A stretch of 64,000 nucleotides of DNA from positions 67,499-131,498 of the forward strand of contig NZ_WVUD01000008.1 in the NCBI RefSeq assembly GCF_009856865.1. Direction: 5' to 3'. This document shows positions 55,545 through 64,000 of this stretch, piece after piece (the first letter of the stretch is position 1; every line of letters starts with the position of its first letter). The notes under the pieces are model-generated. The model did not search any database, was not told where the DNA came from, and saw only the letters and a list, made by a program, of their open reading frames with translations. This DNA comes from Solidesulfovibrio aerotolerans. GTDB taxonomy: Bacteria; Desulfobacterota; Desulfovibrionia; Desulfovibrionales; Desulfovibrionaceae. A program made the translations under genes and the position numbers.

Positions 55545-58500
55545 CTAGATTTCGAACAGCGATTCCAGGTCGGTGCGCGTGAGCGACTTAAAGGCGTCCT
55601 GTCCCGGGATGACCGCCTCGGCCACGTCGCGCTTTTGCTCTTGCAGCTTGAGAATTTTCTCCTCAACCGTGTTCTGGCAGATGAGTTTATAGGAGAACAC
55701 CTGCCGCAACTGCCCGATGCGGTGGGTACGGTCGGTGGCCTGGTTTTCCACTGCCGGGTTCCACCAGGGGTCGTAGTGGATGACGTAGTCGGCGCTGGTC
55801 AGATTAAGCCCCGTGCCGCCGGCCTTGAGCGAAATCAGGAAGACCTTGATGTTCTCGTCCTGGTTGAACTTGTCCACCTGGTCAAAACGGTCTTTGCTCG
55901 AACCGTCGAGATAGCAAAAGGGCATCTGGCTGATGGTCATCCAGGAGCGGATGATGTGGAGCATCTGCACGAACTGGGAAAAGACCAGCACCTTGTGGCC
56001 TTCCTCGATGCAGTCGGTGATGAGATCCTTAAACGCATCGAACTTGCCGGAGGGCAGATTGGTGTTGACCCCGGGCAGGTCGAGCTTGAGCAGGCGGGGG
56101 TGGCAGCAGATCTGGCGCAGCTTGAGCAAAGCGTCGAGAATCGACATCTGCGACTTGGCCAGCCCCTTTTCATCCACCGTGGCCAGCACCTGCTCTTTGA
56201 GCTTTTTAGCCAGAGCGGCATAGAGTTCGAGCTGTTCGTCGAGCAGATTGCAGTAGTAGGTGTTTTCCACCTTGGGCGGCAGATCCTTGGCCACTTCCGA
56301 CTTGGTGCGGCGCAGAATGAACGGTTTGACCCGGCCGCGCAGGTAGTCAAGGGTCTCGGCGTCGCCGTCCTTGATGGGCTTGACGATGCCGCGCTGGAAG
56401 GCGTTTTGGCCGCCCAAAAAGCCCGGCATGAGGAACTCGAACAGCGACCACAGCTCGAAGAGGTTGTTCTCGATGGGCGTGCCCGACAGGCACAGCCGCG
56501 TCTTGCCGTTTAAGCGGCGCACCGAACGGGCGGTGATGGTATTGGGGTTTTTGATATTTTGGGCTTCGTCCAAAATGATGGCGGCAAATTCGTATTTGAG
56601 CAATTCGTCGAGGTCGCGGCGCAGCAGGGCGTAGGTGGTGATGACCAGATCGGATTCGGCGATGCGTTTGAACATGTTTTCGCGCCGCGCCCCGTAGATG
56701 ACGAGCTGCTTGAGCTCGGGCACGAATTTCGCGGCTTCACGTTCCCAGTTGGGCAGCACCGAGGTCGGCACCACGATAAGGTTGGGACCGCGTGCCCCGC
56801 GCTCCACGTTGTGCTGAATAAACGACAAGGTCTGGACAGTCTTGCCCAGGCCCATTTCGTCGGCCAGGATGCCGCCGAAGCCGTATTCGCGCAGGAAATT
56901 GAGATAGGAAAGCCCCTCGGCCTGATACGGCCGCAAGCTGGCGTTTAAGCCCTTGGGGATGCGCACCGGGGTGATTTCCTGGAAGCTGTGGATTTTCTGG
57001 CGCAGGCTGTTCCAGAACGAATCCGTGCGGGCTTCGGGCATGTCCTCCAGCAGCTTGTCCAGGACCGGGGCCTCAAACTGCTTAAACCGCGTCTGGGGCG
57101 GCTTGTCCGTGTCGTAACCAAGGGCGCGCAGCTTGTGGGCCAGCTTTTCCAGCCACGCCTCGGGCAGGCTGGTGTAGGAGCCGTCTTTGAGCTGGACATA
57201 GCGCTTGCCCTGGGTCCAGGCCTTCCAGATTTTATCGATGGGCACCCGCTGGTCGTCGTACTGGACCTGCAGGTCGAGGTTAAACCACTTGTCCTCTTCC
57301 TTGGACTCCACTTCCGCCACAATAACCGGCGTGGTCAGGCGCACCTTGTAGCGGGTGAGGTTTTTCTCGCCAAAGACCCGGTATTTTTCCACCAGCTTGG
57401 GGTAGGCGTCGAGCAAAAAGACAATGGCTTCTTCGGTCTCCAAAAACCAGTTAGCATTGTTGCGGGCCTGGAAGCGCATGTCCACCAGCATGGTGATAAG
57501 GGCCTGCTCCTGGTCGCAGTCCCGGGCGATCAGATAGGATTTGCCCTGGTGCAGATATGAGGCGGTCATCAGATCCGGGTTGGGGCCGGTGACCGTTATC
57601 TCGCCGTGCTCGGTCTGGTAGACGTTTTGGATTTGCAGTGTCAGCAGGCTGCCTTCTTCGTCCAAAAAGATCTTGGGGTCGTAGTTGGCCGGCACGAAAA
57701 ACGGCTGCATTTTGACCAGGAATTCCTCCTGGCCGTACAGGTCGGTCATGGGCAGATGGGTCCAGACCCGGTCGAGAAACTCCGACACGTCGGAGGTGGG
57801 AATAAACGGCGGTGCCTGCGTCATATCCGACACGAGACGGGGGGGCAGGCCCGTCTGGACCGGATAGAAGGCGTTTTTCCAGCACACCCAGATGGGCATC
57901 TGGCCGTAGAAATAGACTTCCTGGCCGAGAATGGAAAAGGGCGATTTGCCGGGGGTGCCAAGGAGTATGTCAAAGGACAGGCCGTCGTCGGAGAGCTTGG
58001 GGGCAAGCTGCAGGCGCATGGTCTTGGACTCGATGCGCACCGGCTGCTCGGTGTCGCGCCAGTAGAGGTAGTATTCCTTGCCGATGGCCCAGAAAAACCA
58101 GGCGAGCAGACCGGCCGGCAGTTCCACCCGATGGCCGGCGTAATCGAGATGGTGCTCGAGCATCGCGGCCACCACCGGCAGGGTGGGGGAAAGCTCGGAC
58201 CAATCCGGGTTCTTGATGATCTGCTCCAGGGTGATTTCGGAATGGACCTGGGAGATGCCGGACTTGTTTTGCCTGGCCCGGAAAAAGGCCACCTGCAACC
58301 GTCCCGGTTCGGGATGGAAGCGAAAGATCAGGTAATGGCGGCCGGGTTCTGGCTCGGGTTCGGTGGAGAAATAGGTGCGAAAGGTCTGGCGCCATTCCCC
58401 GCGCGCCGGGTGGGCGGGGGTATCGCGGTCTTCGTGGCCGCCTTCTTCGTCTTCCAGGGTGCGGATGCATTTGAGCGCCGTGGCCCCCACGTGGCGGCAT

Positions 58501-58772
58501 ACGCCGGAAAAGGAATCCGGGCAGTTGCAAAAGAAGTTGACGCTGCCTTCTTTGAGATTGACCGAGAGTTCCGAGGCATACACCTGGAAATCGTCGCCCT
58601 GCACCTGGCCTTCCACATCCCAGAAATGGTCGTGTTTATTGATGGCGAGCTTCTGGATGCCGCCGCCGGCCACGATGGCGTGGGAGCCGTCCAGAATGTA
58701 TTCGGGGATGGTCTCGCGGACAAATTCCCCGAGCAGCGCCTTGATTTTGGTTTCGTCGTTTCCGATGGCCAT
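55545..58772 (-). CDS. SNF2-family helicase with N-terminal SWIM zinc finger and about 440-aa uncharacterised middle region
   Basis: SWIM is FFCNCPDSFSGVCRHV. SNF2_N is ILADEMGLGKTVQTLSFI. Helicase_C is DRTHRIGQLRQVFSYKLI. AAGGAG RBS. Confidence 0.8.
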   Translation of the reverse strand: MAIGNDETKIKALLGEFVRETIPEYILDGSHAIVAGGGIQKLAINKHDHFWDVEGQVQGDDFQVYASELSVNLKEGSVNFFCNCPDSFSGVCRHVGATALKCIRTLEDEEGGHEDRDTPAHPARGEWRQTFRTYFSTEPEPEPGRHYLIFRFHPEPGRLQVAFFRARQNKSGISQVHSEITLEQIIKNPDWSELSPTLPVVAAMLEHHLDYAGHRVELPAGLLAWFFWAIGKEYYLYWRDTEQPVRIESKTMRLQLAPKLSDDGLSFDILLGTPGKSPFSILGQEVYFYGQMPIWVCWKNAFYPVQTGLPPRLVSDMTQAPPFIPTSDVSEFLDRVWTHLPMTDLYGQEEFLVKMQPFFVPANYDPKIFLDEEGSLLTLQIQNVYQTEHGEITVTGPNPDLMTASYLHQGKSYLIARDCDQEQALITMLVDMRFQARNNANWFLETEEAIVFLLDAYPKLVEKYRVFGEKNLTRYKVRLTTPVIVAEVESKEEDKWFNLDLQVQYDDQRVPIDKIWKAWTQGKRYVQLKDGSYTSLPEAWLEKLAHKLRALGYDTDKPPQTRFKQFEAPVLDKLLEDMPEARTDSFWNSLRQKIHSFQEITPVRIPKGLNASLRPYQAEGLSYLNFLREYGFGGILADEMGLGKTVQTLSFIQHNVERGARGPNLIVVPTSVLPNWEREAAKFVPELKQLVIYGARRENMFKRIAESDLVITTYALLRRDLDELLKYEFAAIILDEAQNIKNPNTITARSVRRLNGKTRLCLSGTPIENNLFELWSLFEFLMPGFLGGQNAFQRGIVKPIKDGDAETLDYLRGRVKPFILRRTKSEVAKDLPPKVENTYYCNLLDEQLELYAALAKKLKEQVLATVDEKGLAKSQMSILDALLKLRQICCHPRLLKLDLPGVNTNLPSGKFDAFKDLITDCIEEGHKVLVFSQFVQMLHIIRSWMTISQMPFCYLDGSSKDRFDQVDKFNQDENIKVFLISLKAGGTGLNLTSADYVIHYDPWWNPAVENQATDRTHRIGQLRQVFSYKLICQNTVEEKILKLQEQKRDVAEAVIPGQDAFKSLTRTDLESLFEI

Positions 58773-59051
58773 GGACCGAAGACTCCTTGGTGCGGCGTAT
58801 CTGCGTCCGGCAGCCCGCAGCCAAGCCGTTTGCGGCAGAGCGGGGAAGGACGAGTCCGGGCGACTTACCCTATTTCAGACCAATTTGGAACGGAAATGTT
58901 ATCGGGCCGGCGTGTGCCGCCGGCGAGGCTTGGCCTGGGGAAAAAGCGCTTTTATTTTTGGCTGGCCCCGTATATATTTTAGCTGGCGAGGGCCTTGCGC
59001 ATCCGCACCAATACGTTGTTTCGGGCGGGCGTTGCAAGCGAAAAGGAGAAC

Positions 59052-60723
59052 TATGCGTCTGGCGCAAGCGGTATTTTTCGTCCTGGTTTCCGGAGCGCTG
59101 CTACTTGGCGGTTGCGACCGCCCGCCTGCGGGCGGGCAGAAGAGCCAAAACGGCCCGTCCCCGACGGCGGCTTCGGCCCCGGCTTCGGGCGAACCCGTGA
59201 CCGGCGGGCGCATCGTTATGGCCACCATTGGCGAGCCCTCCAACCTGATCCCCCCCCTGGCCTCGGATTCCGCCTCCCACGAGGTGGCTGATCTGCTCTA
59301 TGTCTCGCCGCTGCGCTTTGACAAAGACATCAAGCTCGAATGCTTTGCCGCCGAGCGCTTTGAGGTGCTCGAAGACGGCAAACTGCTCAAATTCCAGTTG
59401 CGCCCCGGCATCCATTGGACCGACGGCGTGGAACTGACTGCGGCAGACGTGGAATTTACCTATAAGCTCATGATCGACCCCAAAACGCCCACGGCCTATG
59501 CCGAGGACTACAAAGCGGTCACCAGCTTCACGGTGACCGGCACCTATTCCTTTGAAGTGCGCTACGCCGAACCCTTTGCCCGGGCGCTGGTGACCTGGGC
59601 CGGGGCCATCCTGCCCAGGCATGTGCTGGAGGGCCAGGACATGATGACCACCAAATATGCCCGGGAGCCCATCGGTGCCGGTCCCTACATCCTTGACCGC
59701 TGGGAGCAGGGCCGCAGCGTCACACTTCGGGTCAATCCGGATTATTTCGAAGGCCGGCCCTACATCGATCAAGTGGTCTATCGCATCATCCCCGACACCT
59801 CGACCATGTTTTTGGAACTCAAAGCCGGAAACCTGGACATGATGGGACTGACTCCCCAGCAGTACCTCTACCAGACCACCGGGGCGGGCTGGGCCGCCGA
59901 CTGGCAGAAGTTTAAATACCTGTCCTTTGGCTACACCTACCTCGGCTACAATCTCAAAAGTCCTTTTTTCACCGATGTGCGGGTGCGTCGGGCCATGGCC
60001 CAGGCCGTCAATAAGGAAAGCATCATCAAGGGGGCGCTGTTGGGCCTTGGCCTGCCCACCGTCGGACCCTACAAGCCCGGCACCTGGGTCTATAACGACA
60101 CCATCACCGATTATGCCTACGATCCGGCGGCGGCCAAGGCCCTGCTGGCCGAGGCCGGCTGGCAGGATCGCAACGGTGACGGCATCATCGAGGACGCCTC
60201 GGGCCGGCCGTTCGCCTTTACGCTGTTAACCAACCAGGGCAACGAGCAACGCATCAAGGCCGCCACCATCATCCAGAGCGAGCTGGCCGCCATCGGTGTC
60301 AAAGTCGAGATACGCACCGTGGAATGGGCCTCGTTTCTCAAGGAATTCGTGGACAAGGGCAATTTCGACGCCGTCATCCTGGCCTGGAGCATTGCCCAGG
60401 ACCCGGACAACTACGATGTCTGGCATTCCAGCCGGGCCGTGCCCGGGGGACTCAATTTCGTGGGGTATAAAAACCCCGAAGCCGACGCCCTGCTGGAGCG
60501 CGGCCGGCGCACCGTGGATCAGGCCGAGCGCAAGAAAATCTACGATGCCTTCCAGCAACTGCTGCACCGCGACCAGCCCTATCTGTTCCTCTATGCGCCC
60601 TACAGCCTTCCGATCCTCTCGGCCCGCATCCAGAACGTGGCCGTGGCCCCGGCCGGTATCAGCTACAATTTCACCAAGTGGTGGATTCCGCGCGACAAGC
60701 AGACCTTTCGCCTGGAACAGTAA
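59052..60723 (+). CDS. ABC transporter substrate-binding lipoprotein, family 5 (OppA/DppA/NikA-like)
   Basis: Lipobox LLLGGC. Family-5 SBP body (RFDKDIKLECFAAERFEV...GNLDMMGL...WSIAQDPDNYDVWHSS). AAGGAG RBS 4 nt upstream. Confidence 0.85.
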
Positions 60724-60797
60724 ACCCGCGCGGGCGCGCCAATAACCGGCCGCGCCCGCCGCCACGGCCGCCTCCCGGGCACGAGGCCGGGACAATC

Positions 60798-63047
60798 ATG
60801 ATCCGCATCAACGAAATTCTGGACAAGACCGCCCTGTATCTGACCGAACAGGAACAGGCGCTCATCACCAAAGCCTACGTTTTTTCCGCTGCCGCCCATG
60901 CCGGGCAGGTGCGTCTTTCCGGCGAACCCTACCTGTCACATCCCCTGGAAGCCGCCGGCATCCTGGCCGATATGCGGCTCGATGCCGCGTCCATTGCCTC
61001 GGGGCTGCTCCACGACACCGTGGAGGACACCAAGGCCACGGTGGACGAGCTCGAAGAGCTTTTCGGCGAGGAAGTGGCCGACATCGTCGATGGCGTCACC
61101 AAGATCAGCCTCATTCCTTTTGAAACCAAGGAAGAAGCCCAAGCCGAAAACATCCGCAAGATGATCCTGGCCATGGCCGAGGACATCCGGGTGGTGCTGG
61201 TCAAGCTGGCCGACCGTTTGCACAACATGCGCACGCTGGAGTTTCAAAAGCCCCACAAGCAAGCGATTATTGCCCAGGAAACCATGGACATCTATGCCCC
61301 GCTGGCCAACCGGCTGGGGCTGCATCGCATCAAGACCGAGCTTGAGGACTTAAGCTTTAAATATCTCAAGCCCGACCTCTACAACCAGCTCGTGGAAGGG
61401 GTGGAAACCCACCACACCCTGGACGATACCTTTATCGACCGGGTCATCGCCCATATCAACGAGCTGCTGGCACCCAACGGCATCAAAGCCCGGGTGTTCG
61501 GGCGGCGCAAGCACCTGTGGAGCGTGTTCAACAAAATGCGCGTCCAGGAGCTGACCATCGATCAGGTCCATGATCTGGTGGCCTTTAGGGTGGTGGTGGA
61601 GACCATTCGCGAATGCTACTCCGCCCTGGGGCTGGTCCACTCCCTGTGGAAGCCGGTGCCGGGGCGCTTTAAAGACTATATCTCCATGCCCAAGGCCAAC
61701 ATGTACCAGAGCCTGCACACCACCGTGGTCGGGCCTGGGGGCGAACGCATCGAGATTCAGATACGCACCGAGGAGATGCACCGGCTGGCCGAAGAGGGCG
61801 TGGCCGCGCACTGGAAGTACAAGGAACGCGAGAAGGGCAAGTTCAATCCCAAGGACGTGGAGCGCTTCCAGTGGCTGCGCCAGATCATGGACTGGCAGCG
61901 GGAATTGACCGATTCGCGCGAGTTTGTGGCCAACCTGCGCTTTGATCTTTTTCAGGACGAGGTCTACGTCTTTACGCCCAAGGGCGATGTCAAAGAGCTG
62001 CCCGAGGGCGCAACCGCTGTGGATCTGGCCTTTTTGATCCACACCGCCATTGGCGAACACTGCGCCGGGGCCAAGGTCAACGGCCGGCTGGTCCCCCTCG
62101 ATACGCCGCTGAAAAACGGCGATACCGTCGAGATCATCACCGACAAAAATCGCCAGCCCAACCGCGATTGGCTCAAATTTGTCAAGACGGCCAAGGCCCG
62201 CATGCGGGTCAAGCATTTCATCCGTACCGAAGAGCGGGAACGCTCCATTGTCCTTGGCCGGGACATGCTGGACAAGCAGGGCCGCAAAGACGGCGTCAAT
62301 GTGGCCAAGGCCATTAAAGACGGGTCCATGCTGACGGTGGCCAAGGATCTGTCCATGTCCTGCGTCGATGACGTGCTCTCGGCCGTGGGCTATTCGCGTC
62401 TGACCCCCAAAAAGATCATTGTCCGGCTTATGCCCAAGCGCGAGGGCGAAGAGGCCGAAGCGGCGGCGGCCAAGGCAGAGGCCCATGCCGCCACCCCGGA
62501 ATCCGGGCATGTTCCCAAGGGCAAACCCGGGGAGAGCGTGCGCATCGAGGGCGTGGACAACGTGCTGGTGCGCCTGGCCCAGTGCTGCAACCCCGTGCCC
62601 GGCGACGCCATCGTGGGCTATATCTCGCGCGGCCGGGGCGTGGTGGTGCACACCCACGACTGCCCCAATGTGCGCAATCTCGAGTCCGAACGGCTCATCC
62701 AGGTCCATTGGGAGGGCCAGAAGGAACAGCCTTATCCGGCCGGCCTGTCCATTTTGGCCAAGAACTTGAAGGGCGTGCTGGGGAAAATTTCCAACCAACT
62801 GGCCGAGGAAGGGGTCAACATCGACTCCGGGGCCATTCATTCCAATGTGGACGGCACCACCCAGCTGACCTTCCGTATCGAGGTGCGCGACGCCAGCCAT
62901 CTCTACCGCACCATCGAGCGGCTGCGCAAACTTGACGCCGTCATCGACGTCAAGCGCCACGCCGTCACCGACGAACTGGGGTTCAGTGCCGGCGAGCGCA
63001 ACGAGGACCACCCCGACGGGGTCTACGGGATGGGCGGCGGCGCATGA
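60798..63047 (+). CDS. relA: Bifunctional (p)ppGpp synthetase/hydrolase Rel/SpoT
   Basis: HD hydrolase domain (HAGQVRLSGEPYLSHPLEAAGILADM...HDTVEDT). Synthetase domain (RVKHLWSVFNKM...DLVAFRVVV...YQSLHTTV). TGS and ACT at the C-terminus. Confidence 0.9.
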   Translation: MIRINEILDKTALYLTEQEQALITKAYVFSAAAHAGQVRLSGEPYLSHPLEAAGILADMRLDAASIASGLLHDTVEDTKATVDELEELFGEEVADIVDGVTKISLIPFETKEEAQAENIRKMILAMAEDIRVVLVKLADRLHNMRTLEFQKPHKQAIIAQETMDIYAPLANRLGLHRIKTELEDLSFKYLKPDLYNQLVEGVETHHTLDDTFIDRVIAHINELLAPNGIKARVFGRRKHLWSVFNKMRVQELTIDQVHDLVAFRVVVETIRECYSALGLVHSLWKPVPGRFKDYISMPKANMYQSLHTTVVGPGGERIEIQIRTEEMHRLAEEGVAAHWKYKEREKGKFNPKDVERFQWLRQIMDWQRELTDSREFVANLRFDLFQDEVYVFTPKGDVKELPEGATAVDLAFLIHTAIGEHCAGAKVNGRLVPLDTPLKNGDTVEIITDKNRQPNRDWLKFVKTAKARMRVKHFIRTEERERSIVLGRDMLDKQGRKDGVNVAKAIKDGSMLTVAKDLSMSCVDDVLSAVGYSRLTPKKIIVRLMPKREGEEAEAAAAKAEAHAATPESGHVPKGKPGESVRIEGVDNVLVRLAQCCNPVPGDAIVGYISRGRGVVVHTHDCPNVRNLESERLIQVHWEGQKEQPYPAGLSILAKNLKGVLGKISNQLAEEGVNIDSGAIHSNVDGTTQLTFRIEVRDASHLYRTIERLRKLDAVIDVKRHAVTDELGFSAGERNEDHPDGVYGMGGGA

Positions 63048-64000
63048 TCGTGCGGCTGGCCCTGACCGATTTTATGGCCCACGAGGGTACGGTGTTTGAT
63101 TTGGCTTCTGGGCTTAATGTGCTCACCGGTCCCAACAACACCGGCAAATCCGCCGTGGTCGAGGCCCTGCGCTGCCTGTCGGAAAATCCGCCGCCCAAAC
63201 ACGTCATCCGCCACGGCGCGGCCGAAGCCCGGGTGGAGGCGACCCTTGAGGACGGGGTGACGGTGACCTGGGTGCGCCGGGCCAAGTATGCCCTCTACGA
63301 GGTGCGCCGGCCCGGGGTGGAGGAGCCGGAAACCTACGCCAAAATGGGCAAGGGCGTTGTTCCCGAGGAAGTGCAACGTTTGTTGCGCCTGGGGCCGGTC
63401 CGGCTCGATGGCGACGTGCCCGTGGACGTGCACATCGGCAACCAGCGTGAGCCTGTTTTCCTTTTAAATGACTCCGGGACGAAGGTTGCCGGCTTTTTTG
63501 CCGCTTCCACCGAGGCGGCCCATCTCATCGCCATGCAGGCCCGTCTGACCAAGCGCGTCAGCAAAACCAAGACCGAAAAAAAACGCCTGGAAAAAACGCT
63601 GGCCGCCACGGCCAAGAGCCTGGGCCGGCTGGCTGCGCTGCCGGAGCTGGAACTGCGCCTGGAAGCGGCGGCTGACCGGGAAGCCGTTTTGGCCGCCGGC
63701 GAGGCCGCAAGCGCGCGCCTGGAGCAGCATTTGGCCGCTCGTCAGGCCGCAACCGGGCGCATCGAAACCCTGGCACACACGGCCAAAACCCTGGCCCGCT
63801 TGGCCGCGCCGCCGGGGCTGGTCCCCACCGCCGCTCTGGCCGAAGGTGTCGCGCGGCAACAGGAACTGTCCCGCCGGGTGGTGCGGGCAGCCGGCCGGGA
63901 GCGTGCCCTGGCCCGGCTGATCCCGCCGCCGCTTCTTACCGACACGGCCGCCCTGGCCGCCCGCCTGGACGCGCTGCGTCGGGCCGGAGCCGCCGCAACG
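63044..64000 (+). CDS. SMC/RecF/RecN-like ATPase with coiled-coil region, 5' part only (runs off window)
   Basis: Translated by hand, since the ORF track omits open-ended ORFs: MIVRLALTDFMAHEGTVFDLASGLNVLTGPNNTGKSAVVEALRCL... This is the Walker A motif of an SMC-type head. A long Ala/Leu/Arg-rich coiled coil follows. ATGA overlap with the relA stop. Confidence 0.55.
   Translation, partial: MIVRLALTDFMAHEGTVFDLASGLNVLTGPNNTGKSAVVEALRCLSENPPPKHVIRHGAAEARVEATLEDGVTVTWVRRAKYALYEVRRPGVEEPETYAKMGKGVVPEEVQRLLRLGPVRLDGDVPVDVHIGNQREPVFLLNDSGTKVAGFFAASTEAAHLIAMQARLTKRVSKTKTEKKRLEKTLAATAKSLGRLAALPELELRLEAAADREAVLAAGEAASARLEQHLAARQAATGRIETLAHTAKTLARLAAPPGLVPTAALAEGVARQQELSRRVVRAAGRERALARLIPPPLLTDTAALAARLDALRRAGAAAT

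Noticed and set aside
55104-56513. 469-aa plus-strand ORF
   Set aside because: Antisense to the 3' part of the SNF2 helicase gene and the intergenic region. Low-complexity translation, no RBS.

Overview
This is a 64-kb high-GC chromosomal segment. Its gene content looks like a Desulfovibrio-type sulfate-reducing deltaproteobacterium: an rd-roo oxygen-reductase pair, a DcrA-like heme-c chemoreceptor, futalosine-route menaquinone genes, MucR, HU and many c-type cytochromes. I call about 45 protein-coding genes. I saw no rRNA, tRNA or CRISPR array by eye. The gene order from start to end is listed below.

- Window start to the oxygen-response run: Hsp20 C-terminus, MucR/Ros, HU and a DUF296 protein. 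Then, all on the minus strand, a tetraheme cytochrome c, a CHHCH-containing MCP, rubredoxin and rubredoxin:oxygen oxidoreductase.
- Purine and menaquinone block: PurS-PurL, then a polyprenyl synthase, MqnA/D, MqnB and UbiE/MenG, interrupted by a nucleotide-sugar dehydrogenase and a MITE-like palindromic repeat.
- Cytochrome bd-like operon: two tandem CydA-like membrane proteins without a Q-loop. The second is fused to an octaheme cytochrome c. A small secreted protein follows.
- Housekeeping block and island: a DUF362 Fe-S protein, MscK, and an SpoU methyltransferase. Then an AT-rich two-gene orphan island.
- Regulators and efflux: PFK, DUF2917, MocR, a STAS/RR-PP2C partner-switching pair, an RlmM-like methyltransferase, and an MdtABC-like RND efflux operon. 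A small Cys-rich ORF sits upstream of it.
- RdgC region: an RdgC homolog split into two ORFs with a palindromic repeat array in the gap. AroK, an ECF sigma with an LTXXQ periplasmic partner, a repeat-containing flotillin and an FtsX permease follow.
- Signalling and the window end: an MCP, a MEDS protein coupled to a hybrid histidine kinase, a SWIM-SNF2 helicase, an OppA-like binding protein, Rel/SpoT and a partial SMC-like ATPase.

The strongest candidate for an uncharacterised system is the operon at 15684-19733. It is a cytochrome-bd-superfamily pair with a c-type cytochrome fusion and no CydB. It is probably a menaquinol-linked periplasmic oxidoreductase of unknown substrate.
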